DNA of 64,000 nucleotides from an uncultured Latescibacterota bacterium (GTDB lineage Bacteria > Latescibacterota > UBA2968 > UBA8231): assembly GCA_958295495.1 (NCBI GenBank), contig OY282352.1, positions 3,224,548 through 3,288,547 of the forward strand, in the 5' to 3' direction. Of the stretch, positions 1 through 8,684 are shown piece after piece. The notes beneath the pieces are model-generated. The model had not been told where the DNA came from and searched no databases. It saw only the letters and a list, made by a program, of their open reading frames with translations. The position numbers and the translations under genes are program-made. Position 1 is the first letter of the stretch. Every line of letters starts with the position of its first letter.

Positions 1-434
1 AGGCGATTCAGGCCGACCTCAAAAAGGTGGGCATCCGCGCCCGCATTGTGTCTTGGGAATGGGGAACGTACTTGGACAAGGTGTTCGACGGCCAGCACCA
101 GATGGCCTTGTTGGGCTGGACCGGCGACAACGGCGACCCGGACAACTTCCTCTACGTGCTCCTCGACTCCACCGCAGCCGTCAAGCCCGCCCAGAATATC
201 TCCTTCTACCGCAGTAGCGAGCTGCACGACGCCCTCGTCGCGGCCCGTCGTTCAACCGACCGCGACGAGCGCACGCGGCTCTACGCCCGGGCGCAGGAAA
301 TCGTCCACCGCGATGCGCCGTGGGTCCCCCTAGTACACGCGACGCAGACGGTGGCTTTCCAGCGCCGCGTCACTGGCTTCAAGCTGCATCCCACCGGCAG
401 CAAGTGGTTTCACAGTACCGCGCTGGCCCCTTGA
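1..434 (+). CDS. Peptide/nickel-type ABC transporter substrate-binding protein (family 5, DppA/OppA-like), C-terminal fragment; 5' end outside window
   Basis: The frame is open from the window edge to the stop at 432-434. The tail LGWTGDNGDPDNFLY...FYRS...LYARAQEIVHRDAPWVPLVH is typical of family-5 SBP C-termini. The cognate permease starts 3 nt later. Confidence 0.8.
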   Translation, partial: AIQADLKKVGIRARIVSWEWGTYLDKVFDGQHQMALLGWTGDNGDPDNFLYVLLDSTAAVKPAQNISFYRSSELHDALVAARRSTDRDERTRLYARAQEIVHRDAPWVPLVHATQTVAFQRRVTGFKLHPTGSKWFHSTALAP

Positions 435-437
435 GCC

Positions 438-1448
438 ATGCACCGCTTCGTCTTCCGGCGGCTCATCGCGCTCTTGCCGACGCTGGCGGGGATTTCGCTT
501 TTGGTTTTTCTGATGCTCTACTTGGTGCCGGGCGACCCGGCCCAAGTCATGCTCGGGGAACGCGCCAATGCCGAGAGCTTGGCCGAGTTGCGCGCGACCA
601 TGGGCCTCGACCAGCCCTTCCACGTGCAGTTTTACCGCTTCTTCACCGGCTTGTTGCGCGGCGACCTCGGCCGCTCGACTCGCACCCACGAGAAGATCAC
701 CACCGAGCTCGTCCAGCGCTTCCCGGCCACCTGTGAGCTGACCGTGGCCAGTATGCTGCTGGCCATGACGGTCGGCATCGCGGCCGGACTATGGGCCGCG
801 GTGCGGCGGGGCAAGCTCGCCGATCTCCTCAGCATGATCTTGGCCACGGCCGGCATTTCCATTCCCGTATTTTGGCTGGCCCTGATGCTGGTGTTGCTGT
901 TGGCCTTTTACGTGCCGCTCTTTCCGGTGTCTGGCCGCTTGAGCACGCATATCTACTTTGAGCCGATCACCTATTTCTACGTAATCGACGCCCTCGCGCA
1001 GGGCGATTTCGCGGCCGGCGGCGACGTGCTGTGGCACCTTTTCCTTCCAGCCCTGACTTTGGGGACCATTCCCATGGCCGTCATTGCGCGCATGACCCGC
1101 GCCAGCTTGCTCGACGTCCTCGGCGAGGACTACATCCGCACGGCTTGGGCCAAGGGCCTGCGGCAGCGGGTGGTGATTGTGCGCCACGCCCTGAAAAACG
1201 CCTTTATACCCACGCTTACGGTCATTGCCCTCGAATTCGGCTACCTGCTCGGGGGCGCGGTCATCACCGAAACCATCTTCGCTTGGCCCGGGGTCGGGCG
1301 CTGGCTCTTTTTGGCGGTGCAAGCGCGCGACTTCCGCGCCGTGCAGGGCGGGGTTTTGCTACTGGCCACGGTCTTCGTGCTGGCCAACCTCATCGCCGAT
1401 ATACTCTACGCTTGGCTCGACCCCCGCATCCGCTACGACGAGGAATAA
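438..1448 (+). CDS. ABC transporter permease, DppB/OppB-like (first permease of peptide/nickel systems)
   Basis: 336 aa. It has the N-terminal RRLIALLPTLAGISLLVFLMLYLVPGDP signature, the EDYIRTAWAKGL loop motif and multiple hydrophobic segments. Confidence 0.9.
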   Translation: MHRFVFRRLIALLPTLAGISLLVFLMLYLVPGDPAQVMLGERANAESLAELRATMGLDQPFHVQFYRFFTGLLRGDLGRSTRTHEKITTELVQRFPATCELTVASMLLAMTVGIAAGLWAAVRRGKLADLLSMILATAGISIPVFWLALMLVLLLAFYVPLFPVSGRLSTHIYFEPITYFYVIDALAQGDFAAGGDVLWHLFLPALTLGTIPMAVIARMTRASLLDVLGEDYIRTAWAKGLRQRVVIVRHALKNAFIPTLTVIALEFGYLLGGAVITETIFAWPGVGRWLFLAVQARDFRAVQGGVLLLATVFVLANLIADILYAWLDPRIRYDEE

Positions 1449-1467
1449 AGGGTATGGCTTTGAAATT

Positions 1468-1496
1468 GCCGCATAAAACGCGGATGCGGCGTTTTT
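1468..1496 (+). terminator. Rho-independent terminator after the DppB-like gene
   Basis: Stem GCCGCAT (1468-1474) pairs with ATGCGGC (1484-1490) around a 9-nt loop, followed by GTTTTT (1491-1496). Confidence 0.6.
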
Positions 1497-1560
1497 AGAA
1501 ACAATGCTTATGCTATTGGTCTGTTCAACTTGGGCCGAATGGAAAGGCGAGGGGTTAGCT

Positions 1561-2082
1561 ATGAATGCAATGCGGCTGTTGTGCCTAGGGTTCGCGCTCG
1601 TGGCTTCTACCGCTTTAGATGCCGATGAAACCACCCGCCGAATCAGGAAGGCCGTGGGGCCAGAAGCCTCGACAATCGCAGTGGTGGCTGAAGGGGACTT
1701 TGAGCCGAGGAGTATTGGCAGCTATAGCCTCCGAACATACGCTGGAATCGATCCTCGCTTCCCTTATGACCGCTTTATTGCAGGTATTGTCAGGCCGCGC
1801 GACGGGGTCGTTGAAAGTGTAAAATTCGCCGATTTGGACAGCGACGGATCATCCGAAATTGTCGTGATTATTCGTTCGGTTGGGTCGGGAGGCTATCTTT
1901 CGGCGGACGCCTTCGAGCTTCGCAATAAGGCCCCGACGTTGTTGGGGACGGTGGCTGGGTTGGCGCATGACGCCGACCTCATTCGCGCTCTCGAAGTCGA
2001 GCTCAAAGAGTGCTCTGAATCGCCTGCGGTACCAGACTCGAGCAATAGGCCCCAGTACCGGCTCAAAAACCCGGGGCATTAA
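1561..2082 (+). CDS. Secreted hypothetical protein with one FG-GAP/VCBS-like DxDxDG motif; weak resemblance to PliI-type lysozyme inhibitors (unverified)
   Basis: ATG 1561 (GAGGGG upstream) gives the signal peptide MNAMRLLCLGFALVASTALDA. The protein carries the motif FADLDSDGSSEIVVIIRSVGSGGYLS. The ORF-track start at 1504 is less likely. Confidence 0.5.
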   Translation: MNAMRLLCLGFALVASTALDADETTRRIRKAVGPEASTIAVVAEGDFEPRSIGSYSLRTYAGIDPRFPYDRFIAGIVRPRDGVVESVKFADLDSDGSSEIVVIIRSVGSGGYLSADAFELRNKAPTLLGTVAGLAHDADLIRALEVELKECSESPAVPDSSNRPQYRLKNPGH

Positions 2083-2185
2083 CTACTCTCCAAAGCGCGA
2101 ATCTCCCTCGTCAAAACGGTAGGCGTGGCTCAGGCCCATATCGCAAGCACCCTCCAGCCGGAGGCTGGATTGCGATGCCAAATAA

Positions 2186-2400
2186 CTGACGTTACGCAGC
2201 CTTATGCCGCGTCTGCCGCTTGCGGCCCCGCCCGTCGTCCTTCCCGAGAAAGAACGCCGCCACGGGGCGGGAATCCAGCCCAGCGCCCTAGCCTCTAGAT
2301 GCCTGCTTTCGCCGGCATGACACGAGGGCCGCACCCTGCACCAAGCGGGCGTAAGAAGCGGCCCCGGCGAAGGCAGAGGGTGCGGTGCGTAACGTCAGCA
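2186..2400. repeat. ~215-bp element bounded by perfect 13-bp terminal inverted repeats
   Basis: CTGACGTTACGCA at 2186-2198 and its reverse complement TGCGTAACGTCAG at 2388-2400. The arms inside show further imperfect complementarity (shared TCTGCC and GGCCCC blocks). Confidence 0.6.
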
Positions 2401-2446
2401 AATAATAAAAAGTGGAGGCAACGGCAAAGCCATTACCTCCACTTTT
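2401..2446 (-). terminator. Rho-independent terminator of the spondin_N lipoprotein gene
   Basis: Stem AAGTGGAGG (2410-2418) pairs with CCTCCACTT (2436-2444). On the - strand the hairpin is followed by TTTTATTATT (complement of 2401-2410). It lies 49 nt after the stop at 2493. Confidence 0.75.
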
Positions 2447-2492
2447 CGCGTTTAACAGTGCCTAGGTCGCTGGCACTGAGTTGTCTCAGCCA

Positions 2493-4712
2493 TCAGATCC
2501 CTTTAGAGGCGATGGTGATGCGCACGATGTCGGCCACGGCCGGATAAGTGAACCCATCGTCCACCAAGCGCACCACGCCTCCTTCGTCCGCGCCGGTGTT
2601 GGCCCCGGCCTGCCGCGGCGCTTGGTTTTCGCCCACGCCCGGCTCCTCATTGACTTCGGTACCCGTATCCCACAGGCCGATCTGAGCGGTGATGTCGCCG
2701 CTTATGGGCTGGCCGTCGGTGAACAGGGCAATGCCGGTGTCGCCGGGGGCCAAGAACAGGTCGTTGGATTGCACGTACATGGTGGCGAAAGACAGCCGGT
2801 CGCCTGGCCGGGCAACGAAGGTGAACTCATAGGCGTTGTCCGGCGTCAGCGGTCCGGGGCTGTCGGCTCCCACCGGCGTGGTGAAAACCCCGCTGTTATT
2901 GGGGAGACCCGCGGCGAGTTGCGCTGGATTGCCGTCTTCGGCGAGTGCTTCGAGTCCCGCGCCGCGATCGGGCTGGCCGTCGGCGAAGAAGGGCGTCCCA
3001 CCGCGTTGGGCGACCCACGCGCCTGGCGCGAGGACGGTGCCGATGTTTTCGATTCGCACCGTGAATTGCGCTGCCACGCGCGGTTCAGGCAAGCCAGCGA
3101 CTGGATCGGAAGAGATGGTCCGCGCGGAAGAGATGGTCGTCTCAGAGCTATCGTCGCTGTCGTCACCTTCACCTTCACCTTCACCTTCACCTTCACCTTC
3201 GCCGTCCATATCACCTTCGCTGTCCATATCACCTTCGCTGTCCATATCACCTTCGCCGTCCATATCACCGTCTCCTTCGCCTTCTCCTTCCCCGTCCATA
3301 TCACCTTCGCCAGCGAGTGCCGCCGCCGCCGCGATGATAGCACTGATGTCGTAAGGCACCCCAACGGTAATGGTGCCGGTCACAGAGGGCTCAGCTCCAG
3401 ACAGATCGACCAGAAGGTCTAGCGATACCGCAATATCGAACGCACCGGAAGCGGTTACCTCGCCAGTTACCGGAATGCTCGGGAACTGATCTTCGCCCAC
3501 GTTCACGGTGCCGTTGAGCACCAGCAGCCCGTCGTCCGAATAATCCGTTAGCACCCACTCGTTGCCGGCGATGGCCAACGTGCCACTGCTGGCTCCGTCA
3601 ATGGTCGCCTCATCCGAGGTCAGCGCGACCAACAGGGCGTTCTGAAAATGGCTTATCAGCGTAGTGGTCAGGGATAGGATATCGGGTGTTATCACAGCCT
3701 CGGGCCCGGTTGGGCCTTCGCCTTCGCCTTCGCCTTCACCGTCGCCTTCACCGTCGCCTTCGCCCTCGCCTTCACCTTCGCCTTCGCCTTCGCCTTCACC
3801 GTCGCCGTCGCCCTCACCTTCCCCTTCCCCTTCGCCTTCGCCTTCACCGTCGCCTTCGCCTTCGCCTTCACCGTCGCCTTCGCCTTCGCCTTCACCGTCG
3901 CCTTCGCCCTCGCCCTCGCCCTCACCGTCGCCTTCGCCTTCCCCCTCCCCCTCACCTGCTTCTCCGCTCACGCCACCTTCAGAGGCGACGGTGATGCGCA
4001 CGATGTCGGCCACGGCCGGATAGGTGAACCCATCGTCCACCAAGCGCACCACGCCTCCTTCGTCCGCGCCGGTGTTGGCCCCGGCCTGCCGCGGCGCTTG
4101 GTTTTCGCCCACGCCCGGCTCCTCGTTGACTTCGGTACCCGTATCCCACAGGCCGATCTGAGCGGTGATGTCGCCGCTTATGGGCTGGCCGTCGGTGAAC
4201 AGGGCAATGCCGGTGTCGCCGGGGGCCAAGAACAGGTCGTTGGATTGCACGTACATGGTGGCGAAAGACAGCCGGTCGCCTGGCCGGGCAACGAAGGTGA
4301 ACTCATAGGCGTTGTCCGGCGTCAGCGGTCCGGGGCTGTCGGCTCCCACCGGCGTGGTGAAAACCCCGCTGTTATTGGGGAGACCCGCGGCGAGTTGCGC
4401 TGGATTGCCGTCCTCGGCGAGTGCTTCGAGTCCCGCGCCGCGATCGGGCTGACCGTCGGCGAAGAAGGGCGTCCCACCGCGTTGGGCGACCCACGCACCC
4501 GGCGCGAGGACGGTGCCGATGTTTTCGATTCGCACCGTGAATTGCGCTGCCACGCGCAGTTCAGGCAAGCCAGCAGTCGGCCCGGAAGAAACCGTCGACT
4601 TACCTGCTGGGCTAGATGGGGCTGCGGTGGATGACAGGGGATCTCGGTCTGCACAGGCGGTGAGCAAGACGGCCGCAGCACAGACGACGTAGAACAGGTA
4701 GAACAGTTTCAT
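2493..4712 (-). CDS. Lipoprotein with two spondin_N-like domains separated by acidic (GE/GD)n linkers and a central unknown domain
   Basis: 739 aa. The signal peptide with lipobox is MKLFYLFYVVCAAAVLLTAC, and GAGGAG lies 7 nt upstream of the ATG. Two ~195-aa domains carry the spondin_N-type block SFATMYVQSNDLFLAP. Confidence 0.8.
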   Translation of the reverse strand: MKLFYLFYVVCAAAVLLTACADRDPLSSTAAPSSPAGKSTVSSGPTAGLPELRVAAQFTVRIENIGTVLAPGAWVAQRGGTPFFADGQPDRGAGLEALAEDGNPAQLAAGLPNNSGVFTTPVGADSPGPLTPDNAYEFTFVARPGDRLSFATMYVQSNDLFLAPGDTGIALFTDGQPISGDITAQIGLWDTGTEVNEEPGVGENQAPRQAGANTGADEGGVVRLVDDGFTYPAVADIVRITVASEGGVSGEAGEGEGEGEGDGEGEGEGEGDGEGEGEGDGEGEGEGDGEGEGEGEGEGEGDGDGEGEGEGEGEGEGEGDGEGDGEGEGEGEGPTGPEAVITPDILSLTTTLISHFQNALLVALTSDEATIDGASSGTLAIAGNEWVLTDYSDDGLLVLNGTVNVGEDQFPSIPVTGEVTASGAFDIAVSLDLLVDLSGAEPSVTGTITVGVPYDISAIIAAAAALAGEGDMDGEGEGEGDGDMDGEGDMDSEGDMDSEGDMDGEGEGEGEGEGEGDDSDDSSETTISSARTISSDPVAGLPEPRVAAQFTVRIENIGTVLAPGAWVAQRGGTPFFADGQPDRGAGLEALAEDGNPAQLAAGLPNNSGVFTTPVGADSPGPLTPDNAYEFTFVARPGDRLSFATMYVQSNDLFLAPGDTGIALFTDGQPISGDITAQIGLWDTGTEVNEEPGVGENQAPRQAGANTGADEGGVVRLVDDGFTYPAVADIVRITIASKGI
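2505..3098. repeat. Intragenic direct repeat, copy A (encodes the C-terminal spondin_N domain)
   Basis: It aligns base-for-base with 3981-4574 (offset 1476 nt, in frame). I saw only about 7-8 mismatches by eye. Confidence 0.9.
3141..3312. repeat. Coding low-complexity tract (GEGD/GDMD repeats)
   Basis: The + strand reads CACCTTCACCTTC / CATATCACCTTCGC(T/C)GTC reiterated. On the - strand it translates to GEGDMDGEGEGEGDGDMDGEGDMDSEGDMDSEGDMDGEGEGEGEGEGEGDDSDD. Confidence 0.9.
3714..3960. repeat. Coding low-complexity tract ((GEGEGD)n, 6/18-nt periodicity)
   Basis: GCCTTCGCCTTCGCCTTCACCGTC units are reiterated over about 245 nt. On the - strand this gives a ~80-aa run of G/E/D only. Confidence 0.9.
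3981..4574. repeat. Intragenic direct repeat, copy B (encodes the N-terminal spondin_N domain)
   Basis: Near-identical to 2505-3098. Confidence 0.9.
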
Positions 4713-4797
4713 GAAAAATTCTCCTCGAAAAGGGTTGGTGGATTCCTATCCACAAAGATCACATAGAGTTGACATAATTTCAAGCCGCAATGTGCAA

Positions 4798-5934
4798 CTA
4801 AACCTGCGTCCACGCGCCGTTGTTCTTTGAGGATTCTACTGCGGCTGCGACGAATTTCATCCCGGCTACGCCCTCATCCACCCCCGGATGCGGAAAGGCC
4901 GCGGGCACATCCTGTTCGCCCCGGCGCGTGCGGATGCGCCGCTCGATGGTGGTGTGGAGGTTGGCGAGGGCCGGGAAGAAGTCCTCGTGGTGCCCCGAGG
5001 GCACGCGCAAGTACGAGGCGACCGACGCGGGCAGGTCGAATTCAGCACCAGTCCAGTAGGTAATGTCGCGGCCGTCGCCGTGGCGCACCAGCAGGCATTC
5101 GGCCCGCTCCTGATGCCATTCGATAGAGCCTTTGGTGCCGAAGACTTGGAAGCCGTTGTCGTTGCGGTAGCCAACCGCAATTTGCGTGGCCGTGATCAGG
5201 GCGGTGCCGCCGTTTTTTAGCTCGCCGATCGCGTTGAAGTCGTCGTCGAGCACGCGGCCTTCGACAAAGGTGTTGAGCCGCGCCGAGACCTGCTCGACGG
5301 CTAGCCCGGTCACCCAAGTTGCCGCGATAAAGGCGTGCGTACCGATGTCGCCGCCGCAATTGGAAATACCCGTGCGCTCGGGATCGGTGCGCCAAGACGC
5401 CTGCTGCTGGCCGGTCTGTTCCAGCGCCGTGGCCAGCCAGCCTTGGTTGTACCAGGAAACCACCTTGCGGACTTGGCCGATTTCGCCGCTTTGGATCATT
5501 TGCTTGGCCAGCATCATCATGGGATGGCCCGTATAGGTGTGGGCCAGCACAAAGGGCACCTGCTCGCGCTCGACGATCTGCGCCAAGTCTTCGGCTTCGG
5601 CGACCGTCATGGTAATGGGCTTTTCGCAGAGCACTGGGATGCCGGCCTGTAAAAAGGCTTTGGCTGGCTCGTAGTGGGCGAAGTTGGGGGTGACGATGGT
5701 GACGTAATCGAGGGCTTGCTCGCCGCTTTGCACCGCCTCTAACAGCGCTTGGTAGGTGGGATAACCTTGGATGCCGTAGTCGTCGGCAGCGCGCATCGCC
5801 GCCTCGGGGCTAGAGCGCAGCGCGCCGGCGACCAATTCGCGGCTGGCGTCGAGCGCGATGGCGCGATTGTGAACCATGCCGAAAAAAGAATCGGGGCCGC
5901 CGCCGCCGATCATGCCTACTTGGAGTTTGCTCAT
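4798..5934 (-). CDS. Gfo/Idh/MocA family NAD(P)-dependent oxidoreductase
   Basis: The N-terminal Rossmann motif is KLQVGMIGGGGPDSFFG, and the EKP motif (CEKPITMT) is present. ATG 5934 is preceded by GGAGA 7 nt upstream. Confidence 0.85.
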   Translation of the reverse strand: MSKLQVGMIGGGGPDSFFGMVHNRAIALDASRELVAGALRSSPEAAMRAADDYGIQGYPTYQALLEAVQSGEQALDYVTIVTPNFAHYEPAKAFLQAGIPVLCEKPITMTVAEAEDLAQIVEREQVPFVLAHTYTGHPMMMLAKQMIQSGEIGQVRKVVSWYNQGWLATALEQTGQQQASWRTDPERTGISNCGGDIGTHAFIAATWVTGLAVEQVSARLNTFVEGRVLDDDFNAIGELKNGGTALITATQIAVGYRNDNGFQVFGTKGSIEWHQERAECLLVRHGDGRDITYWTGAEFDLPASVASYLRVPSGHHEDFFPALANLHTTIERRIRTRRGEQDVPAAFPHPGVDEGVAGMKFVAAAVESSKNNGAWTQV

Positions 5935-6019
5935 GGAATTTTCTCCCAAAAATGTATTGTTGAAGTGCTCTATTTTAAGTACGCGTGGGGGCCTCTAACT
6001 GTCAAACGATGCGGCTGTC

Positions 6020-6754
6020 TCACGGCACTCGCATCACTGCCGTAGGGAGTCCCTGTTGCAGTTGGCTGGCGTCTAGGCCGCTGTTGAAGGCATAGCGTTT
6101 GTAATCCAACGCTAGCGACACATCGGCTTGGCGTATTTCCACTCGGCGCGGCAAGTAAAGTGCGTCCTCTCGGCGGTATTCCCTTAGCTCGCGGAGCAGG
6201 ACATCGCCCCCGGGCAGCGGGATGCTCTCGCGCAACACCAAGCCGCGACGCAGGTCCAGCCACGCCCGCCGCCCTCCCGGGAGCGCGACTACTGCTTGGT
6301 CGGCGTGCGGATACTCGACTGGCCCGGCTATGGAACCCGGCTCGACGAGGCCGAGCAAGGCGTAGCGAAGGTCGCATACCCCGAGGTCTAGCCCGGTCAG
6401 CGTGGTTAGCAGCCGGCCGCGCATCGGTCCTTTTAAGGGAGGATCCACGGCCCGGCCGTACACGGTCAAGCTGTCGCCTTCGAGTAGGGCCGTAAAAATG
6501 TGCGTGAAAAAGGGGCCGCGCACTTCGACGCGGAAGAGATCTGGATTGACTAGCTGCACGAGGGCCGTCCCCCGATCGCGCACCGCGCCGCGTCGCAGCT
6601 CAATGGCCGCTTCCGCCGTTAGATCTTCGAACTGGGCGAGGGACGCCGAGGCCGTGAGCAAGGCGGCCGGCCCTTGGTCTGCATCCCAACCCTCCCGCAC
6701 CACCAGCGGCGGCGCGCAAGCTAGTGCTAGGGCGCAGAGCGCGAACCACTTCAT
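6020..6754 (-). CDS. Lipoprotein, LolA/LolB-fold (DUF4292-like) candidate
   Basis: The internal start MKWFALCALALAC (lipobox ALAC) at 6754 overlaps the upstream TPR gene's stop (ATGA). The pairing of a TPR gene with a LolB-like lipoprotein is common in FCB-type genomes. Confidence 0.5.
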   Translation of the reverse strand: MKWFALCALALACAPPLVVREGWDADQGPAALLTASASLAQFEDLTAEAAIELRRGAVRDRGTALVQLVNPDLFRVEVRGPFFTHIFTALLEGDSLTVYGRAVDPPLKGPMRGRLLTTLTGLDLGVCDLRYALLGLVEPGSIAGPVEYPHADQAVVALPGGRRAWLDLRRGLVLRESIPLPGGDVLLRELREYRREDALYLPRRVEIRQADVSLALDYKRYAFNSGLDASQLQQGLPTAVMRVP

Positions 6755-8637
6755 GGCAGCAGCTTGCGCCGGACCTCTTCGTTGTCCGGCGCGAGTTCCA
6801 GCACCTTCTGCCAATGCGCGCGCGCCTCGTCCGTTTTGCCGAGGGCGCTGGCAATGTCGCCGGCGTGGTCGAAGATCACGGCCTGCTCCTCGGGGTCGCC
6901 CTCGTCCATCAGCTCCAAGGCTTGTTGCAGGTAGTGATCGGCCTGCGCTAGCTCGCCGAGGCGGAAATAGGCCCAGCCGATGCTATCGAGAAACGCGCTG
7001 TTGTCCGGCTCGAGCGCGATCGCCTTCTCCAAGAGCGCGACCGCTTCGGTCAGCAGCATGCCCTTGTCCGCGTACATGTAGCCGAGGTAGTTGAGCGCGT
7101 ACGCATCGTTTGGCTCGATCTCCAACAGGCGTTGGAAGGTCTCTATCGCACGGTCGAAGTACTCGTCGCGGTCAAGTTTGCGCGAAGCCTGCTCATAGCA
7201 AGAGCCGAGGTAAAAGAGCACGCGGCTCTCGTCGCTGGAAAGCGCAACGGCCTGCGTCAGCTTTTCAAGTGCCGCTTCCCAGCGCTCCAATTCCTCTAAG
7301 GCGATGCCCCAGTGCAAAAAGGCCGGGCTGTACGCGGAGTCGAGCGAGGCCGCTGTTTCGTATTGGGCCAGCGCGTCTTCCCACTGCCCCTGCCGCCCCA
7401 AGCTGATGCCCCATCGCACGTGCAGCGCGGCGTGGCCCGGGGACGCTGCGAGTGCTTGGCTATAGACGCCAATTGCCTCTTGCCAAGCGTCTTGTTGCTC
7501 TAGTGCGAGTCCCCAGTATAGGTATATCTCAACCGCGTCGGGCAGGTGCTCAAGGCCGCGCTGGTACACGGCGATGGCCTCGTCGTAGCGCTCGGTGCTC
7601 TCTAGGGCCGTCCCCCAGTACAAGTAAATCTCGCTGCTATCGGGCATGGCCTCTGCCGCTTGGCTGAGGACGGCGGTGGCGGAGTCGTAATCCTCCAAGT
7701 AGATGTAGTAGCGCGCTAGGTCGGTCCACTGCTCGACCGTTTGGGGCTGCATCTCGACGATGCGCTTAAAGACCAACGTCGCTTGGTCGTACTTTCCGGT
7801 TTCGGACAGGGCCACTCCCAAGTGGTAGAGCACTTCGGCACCCTCTTCGACGAGGATTTCCTCTAGGTCGTGCTCGGTGACCATCAGCCGCGCCAAGTGG
7901 TAGGGGACGCTGCTGTCGGGCAGATGGCCTGCGGCCTCTCGGTAAATGGCGATGGCTTCGTGGCGGTACCCCTGCGCCAACTTGAGCTCGGCTAGACCCA
8001 GCCAGGCGTCCTCGACTGTGGGATCGGCCGCGAGGACTTGGTGGTAGATGCGCTCGGCCTCTTGTTGCAGGCCGATGCGAGAAAAAATGCTGGCTATGTC
8101 CACCTCGACCTCTGACGGCACTTGCTCTTGGGCGAGTACCTCCTTAAAAAGCGAGGCGATTCGCTTGGTTTGGCCCGATTCAAAGTAGAGATAGGCCAAG
8201 TGGCGGTAGAGCGGCCAATTGTCCGGCTCGTAGCGCAGCAGCTCTTCGATGTGGCCGATGGCGTCCTCGCGCTCGCCTTCGCGCTCCAAGAGCCGAATCA
8301 GCAGGCGGCGCAACCGCACTTGGCTGCCGTCCAATGCCAAGCCCTTGCGCGCAAAGTGGGCGGCCATCTGGGCGTCGTCGATGCGCTGGTAGTTGTAAGC
8401 GAGGCGGGCGTAGATGGTGGGCGAGGTCGGGTCGAGGTCGGCCGCGCTGCGCAGGGCGACTATCGCGCCGAGGTAGTTGTGCTGGGCTTCAAAGACCTTG
8501 GCCTTGACGAAGTATCGCATGGCTCGGTCGGGCCCCGTCGGCTCTGCAGGCGCGTTGTGGCTCCGCAGGCCCGCGCAGCCGCCCGCTGCCAGCGCGAGGG
8601 CGCAGAACAGGGGGAGAAGGTGCGAGACGTTGTTCAT
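6751..8637 (-). CDS. Tetratricopeptide-repeat (TPR) protein, probable lipoprotein
   Basis: About 15 TPR-like units are visible (recurrent W/Y-x-G-x-A-y...P pattern). The likely start is MNNVSHLLPLFCALALAAGGC at 8637. Confidence 0.8.
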   Translation of the reverse strand: MNNVSHLLPLFCALALAAGGCAGLRSHNAPAEPTGPDRAMRYFVKAKVFEAQHNYLGAIVALRSAADLDPTSPTIYARLAYNYQRIDDAQMAAHFARKGLALDGSQVRLRRLLIRLLEREGEREDAIGHIEELLRYEPDNWPLYRHLAYLYFESGQTKRIASLFKEVLAQEQVPSEVEVDIASIFSRIGLQQEAERIYHQVLAADPTVEDAWLGLAELKLAQGYRHEAIAIYREAAGHLPDSSVPYHLARLMVTEHDLEEILVEEGAEVLYHLGVALSETGKYDQATLVFKRIVEMQPQTVEQWTDLARYYIYLEDYDSATAVLSQAAEAMPDSSEIYLYWGTALESTERYDEAIAVYQRGLEHLPDAVEIYLYWGLALEQQDAWQEAIGVYSQALAASPGHAALHVRWGISLGRQGQWEDALAQYETAASLDSAYSPAFLHWGIALEELERWEAALEKLTQAVALSSDESRVLFYLGSCYEQASRKLDRDEYFDRAIETFQRLLEIEPNDAYALNYLGYMYADKGMLLTEAVALLEKAIALEPDNSAFLDSIGWAYFRLGELAQADHYLQQALELMDEGDPEEQAVIFDHAGDIASALGKTDEARAHWQKVLELAPDNEEVRRKLLP

Positions 8638-8684
8638 AATTCTAAGGGGTCCACCTGTATTAGCGGGGTCCAAGAAGCCACGCA

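Noticed and set aside
3141-3960. Periodic short repeats that might be mistaken for a CRISPR array
   Set aside because: The repeat unit is only 6-18 nt, there are no unique spacers, and the tract is in frame inside a long ORF. It is a coding microsatellite, not CRISPR.
3664-4023. + strand ORFs encoding (PS)n, (RL/HR)n and (KA)n polypeptides (3664-4023, 3686-3994, 3692-3955; also 2836-3354 and 2846-3364)
   Set aside because: They are alternative-frame or antisense readings of the GE-repeat and spondin-domain coding sequence of the 2493-4712 gene. They have no independent start/RBS support, and their composition is dictated by the repeat.
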